This document shows positions 59,283 to 64,000 of a stretch of 64,000 nucleotides of DNA, in pieces. The notes under the pieces were generated by a model. That model searched no databases. It was not told the origin of the DNA and saw nothing but the letters and a program-made list of their open reading frames with translations. Each line of letters opens with the position of its first letter. Position 1 is the stretch's first letter. This DNA is from an uncultured Alphaproteobacteria bacterium (GTDB lineage Bacteria; Pseudomonadota; Alphaproteobacteria; Micavibrionales; Micavibrionaceae), in NCBI GenBank assembly GCA_963740205.1, contig CAVUDD010000005.1, forward strand, positions 368,860 to 432,859, given 5' to 3'. The translations under genes and the position numbers were made by a program.

Positions 59283-59338
59283 AAATTTTTATTAAATAAA
59301 TTATTAATTTAAATCAGTTACTTAATGTCTTTGTTTGT

Positions 59339-59356
59339 ATCCCGTACGGCCAATTA
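59339..59356 (+). repeat. attR core (partial copy of the tRNA-Glu 3' end)
   Basis: ATCCCGTACGGCCAATTA. Confidence 0.7.
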
Positions 59357-59593
59357 TATCAACCATACAATCTGCACAATCTAAAAAAACAAAGGGCTTT
59401 GGGCCAATGTTTGTCTAAAGCCGTCTAGTGTTACCTATAAAATCAGATACGACTATTAGCTCTAAATCGATCATTTTTATTTTTTATATAAAAATACTGA
59501 TTTCCGCAGCTTTTCTTCTCATAACAGCCTTCTATATCATTGCTCAGGGAAAAATTCTGTTGCCTAGATATTCATTTGATAAGGACATTTTTG

Positions 59594-60082
59594 ATGAAAA
59601 AACTTCTCTCTTTTTTGGCTGTGATAATTGTGTTGTCTGGCACAAGCTATGCAAACACCAATCCGCAAGATGTTGTCCAAAGATTGCTTTCTTATTCCGA
59701 CGCCAAGAAACCAGAGCAAGCCAAAGAATATATGACAGAGCGGTCGCATTCATTGTTTGATAGGTTGTATGCGCATGATTTAACACACCTCATTCCCTCG
59801 GATACACAGCTAGTTGATGTAAAGGAAAAAGACGGTTTTCAATATGCCCGCTTTGCCGATCCTCAAAAACCAAAGCAGGGCACAGCAATTCTGGTCTTTC
59901 AGCAAGAGAACTCTATTTTGAAACTGGACTTACCTGAGACATTTCGCACAGGATTTGGCGAAGACTGGCCAAAGAAAATTGATATGATCGAGGCCAGCTA
60001 TTTGTTCACCAAACAATATTACGGTGAAGCTCAAAGCAAAAAAATACTTGAGGCATTTCTTGGTAAAAAAAGTAGTAACTAG
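59594..60082 (+). CDS. Hypothetical secreted protein
   Basis: ATG 59594 gives MKKLLSFLAVIIVLSGTSYA (signal peptide). The track ORF begins further upstream at 59540. Confidence 0.5.
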   Translation: MKKLLSFLAVIIVLSGTSYANTNPQDVVQRLLSYSDAKKPEQAKEYMTERSHSLFDRLYAHDLTHLIPSDTQLVDVKEKDGFQYARFADPQKPKQGTAILVFQQENSILKLDLPETFRTGFGEDWPKKIDMIEASYLFTKQYYGEAQSKKILEAFLGKKSSN

Positions 60083-60268
60083 TCATTACCTTGAGTGCTT
60101 AAATCATTATTCGCTATATTAGCTTTTTGCATAACTTCGTGAGATGTGCTAAGGTATCTCACATATTCACATGGATATCTCATAAAGAATTGATATTAGA
60201 AAATCTCAATGCAGATTTCGATTGTGTACTCATTTTAAAAAATAAGGAGAAACGTCATTACTTGTACA

Positions 60269-60454
60269 ATGAAAGACCTAACAAACAGAACTTGCAAATG
60301 GCCTATTGGCGACCCACAGGAAAACGATTTTAAATTTTGTGGTGCGTACTCAGGCAACGAGGAAAACCCCTATTGCCAGAGCCATACAGAAGAGGCCTAT
60401 AGAACGGCCTACAAATCAAAAAGCCAGCAAGCCCCGCTTAAAAGAGCTGCCTAG
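60269..60454 (+). CDS. GcrA-C-terminal-like mini-protein (61 aa)
   Basis: [21 protein letters not shown]...[11 protein letters not shown] matches the conserved C-terminal motif of alphaproteobacterial GcrA. The N-terminal DNA-binding part is absent. Confidence 0.55.
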   Translation: MKDLTNRTCKWPIGDPQENDFKFCGAYSGNEENPYCQSHTEEAYRTAYKSKSQQAPLKRAA

Positions 60455-60784
60455 ACCTTTTTCACAAATTCGGATTTAAGTCCCATGGCGCCTATGCCGG
60501 GGATTTTACAATCAATGTCATGATCTCCGTCCACAAGGCGGATGTTCTTGACCTTTGGTCCCGACCTTTACGACAGAGGATGACCCTTTGACCTTAAGGT
60601 CCTTAATGACGGTGACCGTGTCGCCATCGGTTAATTCAACGCCATTTGAATCACAAATAACTTTCTTATCGTTTTGAGCACCATCACTTGACCACTCATG
60701 CCCGCACTCTGGGCAATTCAAAAGGTTGCGATCTTCGTATACGTATGCAGATTGGCATTTCGGGCAGGGTGGTAATTCACTCAT
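60451..60784 (-). pseudogene. phnA: PhnA-type zinc-ribbon protein, one frameshift near 60553-60556
   Basis: MSELPPCPKCQSAYVYEDRNLLNCPECGHEW...[18 protein letters not shown] is followed, in another frame, by [33 protein letters not shown]. Confidence 0.8.
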
Positions 60785-60914
60785 TTAAACTTTCCTCTAT
60801 TTCGATTTATCAGGCTAACATGTTTTTTGAAACAAAGTTTAATTTTCAACTGTCATTGAACTCTTTTTGCTCTAGGTTGTTGTTGAATAAATATATTATT
60901 AGGAGAAGTTAAAC

Positions 60915-61970
60915 ATGTCCGTTGCCGCATACGCCGCCCAATCCCCAGAAGATGATTTGAAACCATTTGATATCTCACGCCGTGAGGTGACTGAGAATGA
61001 TGTCAAAATTGATATCCTGTATTGTGGTGTGTGTCACAGTGATATTCACACGGCGCGCAATGAATGGGGCAGAACACAATACCCATCCGTTCCGGGACAT
61101 GAAATTATCGGACGTATCACAGAGGTCGGCGATAAGGTAAGCGATTTCGAAGTTGATCAAATTGTCGGTGTTGGCTGTCTGGTTGATTCCTGCCGTGAAT
61201 GCTCGGCCTGTGATGAGGATCTTGAACAATATTGTGAGAATGGCTTTGTTGGAACATATAACGGTAATGACAAAAGACACGGAAGCGGTCTGACCTTTGG
61301 TGGATATTCTGAGTCAATCGTTGTCGATCAGCATTTCGTGTTACATATCCCCGAAAATCTGGATGTTGAGAAGGTCGCTCCGCTTTTATGCGCGGGTATC
61401 ACAACATTCTCACCGCTTCACCACTGGAAGGTGAAAAAGGGCGATAAGGTTGGCGTTATTGGACTTGGTGGTCTGGGGCACATGGGTATTAAATTGGCAC
61501 ATGCCATGGGCGCGCATGTTGTGATGGTGACAACATCTCCTGATAAGGCAGGGGACGCGAGATCACTGGGTGCGGACGAGGTTCTGATCTCCAAAAACGA
61601 AGATGACATGAAAAAACATGCCAACAGCTTTGATTTTCTTTTGAATACTATTCCTGTTGGACATGACATTAATCCCTATCTCGAGCTGTTGAAACGTGAC
61701 GCCACAATGGTAATCGTTGGCGCGATTGAGCCAATTGATAAGGTCAATGGCGGTAACCTCGTGTTGAAACGTAAAACAGTTGCAGGCTCGCTTATCGGTG
61801 GATTGAAAGAAACACAGGAAATGCTCGATTTTTGTGGAAAGCATAATATTACATCCGATGTCGAAATGATTGATATTCAAGATATCAACGATGCGTACGA
61901 GCGTATGATTAAGGGCGATGTCAAATACCGCTTTGTCATTGATATGCAGTCTTTGAAAAAGGCTGATTAA
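60915..61970 (+). CDS. Zn-dependent NAD(P) alcohol dehydrogenase (CAD/YahK-like)
   Basis: CGVCHSDIH...GHEIIG...C..C..C....C plus GLGGLGHMG. Confidence 0.85.
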   Translation: MSVAAYAAQSPEDDLKPFDISRREVTENDVKIDILYCGVCHSDIHTARNEWGRTQYPSVPGHEIIGRITEVGDKVSDFEVDQIVGVGCLVDSCRECSACDEDLEQYCENGFVGTYNGNDKRHGSGLTFGGYSESIVVDQHFVLHIPENLDVEKVAPLLCAGITTFSPLHHWKVKKGDKVGVIGLGGLGHMGIKLAHAMGAHVVMVTTSPDKAGDARSLGADEVLISKNEDDMKKHANSFDFLLNTIPVGHDINPYLELLKRDATMVIVGAIEPIDKVNGGNLVLKRKTVAGSLIGGLKETQEMLDFCGKHNITSDVEMIDIQDINDAYERMIKGDVKYRFVIDMQSLKKAD

Positions 61971-61971
61971 T

Positions 61972-61999
61972 AAAAAAACCCGCAAATTGCGGGCTTTTT
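61972..61999. terminator. Bidirectional rho-independent terminator
   Basis: AAAAAAACCCGC-AAATT-GCGGGCTTTTT lies between convergent adh and mdh. Confidence 0.75.
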
Positions 62000-62017
62000 A
62001 ATGTGTTCTTTTTAAGA

Positions 62018-63013
62018 TTAAGCTGCCTGTTTCTTGGGAAATAACCCCTCAACTGCGGCGCGTTCTTCGCGGAGTTCTGTGTTTGTGGCATCCATTCTCT
62101 CACGTGAGAAATCATTGATGTTTAAGCCTTGAACGATTTGGTATTTGCCGTCCTTACATGTCACGGGATAACCGTAAATGACGCCTTCCTCAATACCGTA
62201 TGACCCATCGGACGGGATAGCCATTGAAACCCAGTCGCCGTCCTCTGTGCCCAAAGCCCATGAGCGCATGTGGTCAATCGCCGCGCCAGCTGCGCTTGCA
62301 GCAGAAGAAGCCCCGCGCGCTTTAATGATGGCGGCACCACGTTGTTGTACCTCGGGAATGAATGTCCCCTCGTACCAGTCTGTATCAACGCATGACATGG
62401 CCTCTGCGCCGTCGACTGTTGCGTGGTGAATGTCAGGATATTGTGTTGAGGAGTGGTTGCCCCAGATAATCATTTTTTTGACATCTGTTGAATGCTTGCC
62501 TGTTTTGTCGGCCAGTTGGCTAATCGCGCGGTTATGATCCAATCTTACCATTGCCGTAAAACATTTTGGATCAAGGTCGGGTGCATTTTGTTGGGCAATC
62601 AACGCATTTGTGTTTGCTGGGTTACCAACGACAAGAACCTTGACGTCACGAGACGCATAGTCATTTAAGGCCTTTCCTTGTGGCCCAAAAATTGCGCCGT
62701 TGGCCTCAAGCAAGTCTTTACGCTCCATACCTGGACCACGAGGGCGCGCACCAACAAGAAGGGCATAATCGCAATCTTTAAAAGCCACAGCCGCGTCATC
62801 TGTTGCAATTACATCATGCAAAAGTGGGAAGGCACAATCATTGAGTTCCATAACGACGCCCTGCAACGCGCCAAGGGCAAGTGTAATTTCAAGCAAGTGC
62901 AAACACACAGGTTGGTCTTTACCAAGCATATCCCCTGAGGCTATGCGGAATAAAAGTGCGTAACCGATTTGGCCTGCTGCGCCTGTGACTGTGACGTGGA
63001 CTGGAGTTTTCAT
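62018..63013 (-). CDS. mdh: Malate dehydrogenase (NAD-dependent)
   Basis: [31 protein letters not shown]...GNPANTN...WGNHS. The start was taken at ATG 63013. Confidence 0.9.
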   Translation of the reverse strand: MKTPVHVTVTGAAGQIGYALLFRIASGDMLGKDQPVCLHLLEITLALGALQGVVMELNDCAFPLLHDVIATDDAAVAFKDCDYALLVGARPRGPGMERKDLLEANGAIFGPQGKALNDYASRDVKVLVVGNPANTNALIAQQNAPDLDPKCFTAMVRLDHNRAISQLADKTGKHSTDVKKMIIWGNHSSTQYPDIHHATVDGAEAMSCVDTDWYEGTFIPEVQQRGAAIIKARGASSAASAAGAAIDHMRSWALGTEDGDWVSMAIPSDGSYGIEEGVIYGYPVTCKDGKYQIVQGLNINDFSRERMDATNTELREERAAVEGLFPKKQAA

Positions 63014-63144
63014 GGGAGTAATGCCTTTCTTGATGGTCAAAAGTAAATTCTGAAATTCAACATGGAATTATCTGTGGCGAGTTTCAAGGGAAAAATTTGA
63101 GGTGAGTGCTTTTAAACGAAGGCTTTATCCTTTAAAACAAATGC

Positions 63145-64000
63145 ATGGGTCACGGACATCATCATCATGGAGCATTAGCAGAGGGGCAGGAACATAGTCC
63201 CTCGCACGCGGTATTTGCAGGATGGGCGGCAATCACCATTGTTTCAATTATGATTTTTGCCAAGCTTGTTGCCTTTCTAATGAGTGGCTCCGTCAGTGTT
63301 TTATCATCTCTTATAGATTCATTTGCCGATATTATGATGTCCATCATGGCTTTGATTTCTGTCAAAATGTCCCTTAAGCCCGCCGATGATTGCCACAGAT
63401 ACGGTCATGGGAAAATCGAGGGGTTGTTTGCAGTTGTACAGTCTATGTTTATTTTTGTAGCTGGTGGCGCGGTTATCTACAGTGCTATTCACAATATTAT
63501 TCACCGCGAGGTTTTAACCGACCAGTATTTAGCCTCTGCAATCATAGTCCTTTCAATTGTTCTAACATTGCTTTTGACAACCATTCAAAAACGAGCTGTA
63601 AAAAAATCAGCCTCTATGGCGATTGAGGCAGACCATGCACATTACCATAGTGATATTTTCATGAACGCGGGTGTTCTTGTTGTTCTGATTTTGACGGCTA
63701 TAGGTTTTCCAAACTGGATTGATGCATTATTTGGCTTGGCGATTGCTGGCTATGTATGGTGGGTTGCCTATGGTGTCGGTAAGAACGCGGTCGATATGTT
63801 GCTTGATCGCGAGGTTGATCAGGAAATCAGACAAAAAATCATGGATATAGTCCTCAGTCATACAGAGGTCAAAGACATGCATGATCTACGAGCTATTCGC
63901 TCGGGCATGAAAATATTAGTGTCTTTTGACATCGAGGTTGATCCTAATATTCTGCTTTGGACAGCACACGAGATAGCGCTATCTGTTGAGCGCGATGTCG
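63145..64000 (+). CDS. Cation diffusion facilitator (CDF) family transporter; 3' end lies outside the window
   Basis: My own translation gives MGHGHHHHGALAEG...SLIDSFADIMMS...HRYGHGKIE...DHAHYHSDIFMN..., a His-rich N-terminus with typical CDF motifs. It is absent from the track because no stop occurs in the window. Confidence 0.8.
   Translation, partial: MGHGHHHHGALAEGQEHSPSHAVFAGWAAITIVSIMIFAKLVAFLMSGSVSVLSSLIDSFADIMMSIMALISVKMSLKPADDCHRYGHGKIEGLFAVVQSMFIFVAGGAVIYSAIHNIIHREVLTDQYLASAIIVLSIVLTLLLTTIQKRAVKKSASMAIEADHAHYHSDIFMNAGVLVVLILTAIGFPNWIDALFGLAIAGYVWWVAYGVGKNAVDMLLDREVDQEIRQKIMDIVLSHTEVKDMHDLRAIRSGMKILVSFDIEVDPNILLWTAHEIALSVERDV

Larger units (their letters stand above)
47674..59356 (+). 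mobile_element. Integrative genomic island (about 11.7 kb) inserted at the 3' end of tRNA-Glu
   Basis: The integrase lies next to the tRNA. An imperfect direct repeat of the tRNA 3' end (ATCCCGTACGG[GACG]CCAATTA) occurs at 47674-47695 and 59339-59356. All cargo genes are co-directional, and they include an AlpA-like gene, a second recombinase and defence genes. Confidence 0.75.

Noticed and set aside
59428-59786. ORFs 59428..59760 (+) and 59544..59786 (-).
   Set aside because: They overlap the better-supported secreted-protein gene (59594..60082, with signal peptide and ATG) and have low-complexity, hydrophobic translations without start signals.
60139-60190. GTGAGAT...ATCTCAC inverted repeat upstream of the GcrA-like ORF, as a possible operator.
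   Set aside because: It is short (7 bp) and occurs only once, so I cannot distinguish it from chance.
1-64000. CRISPR arrays and rRNA genes.
   Set aside because: I saw no regularly spaced direct repeats of 25-40 bp and no rRNA-like conserved blocks anywhere in the window.

Overview
This is a 64-kb chromosomal segment from a moderately AT-rich bacterium. It looks alphaproteobacterial: it carries the NDUFA12-MlaD-DUF2155 gene trio, a GcrA-type CxWPxGDP mini-protein, a SPOR-tailed DD-carboxypeptidase and a split hldE. Most of the window is housekeeping: metF-metE, guaA, an ABC-F ATPase, greB, clpS-clpA, trxA, polA, rlmB, mdh, a Zn-alcohol dehydrogenase, heptose activation genes and a CFA-synthase lipid cluster. 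There are three tRNAs: Ser-GGA, Tyr-GTA and Glu-TTC. The main accessory feature is an 11.7-kb integrative island at the 3' end of tRNA-Glu (about 47674-59356), bounded by an imperfect direct repeat of the tRNA end. From left to right it encodes a P4-type integrase, a HEPN-like protein, a protein ending in an SSB-like DDIPF tail and an AlpA-like regulator. These are followed by an HTH/zinc-ribbon protein coupled to a second tyrosine recombinase, a Type III R-M system (mod intact, res broken) and a translationally coupled ABC-type ATPase + HNH nuclease pair. That pair resembles Septu (PtuA/PtuB) but has an unusual N-terminal extension of about 220 aa on the ATPase, and it is my best candidate for an undescribed defence variant. 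A second theme is reading-frame lesions. I count at least 18, in 11 genes including guaA, plus one in-frame stop. These indicate either real gene decay, as in a host-restricted lifestyle, or indel-prone assembly, and the sequence alone cannot decide which. Other items are a promoter-SD-ORF-terminator unit for a 31-aa peptide, a palindromic repeat family present in two copies, and a cluster of secreted, repeat-rich proteins. No rRNA genes or CRISPR arrays were seen.
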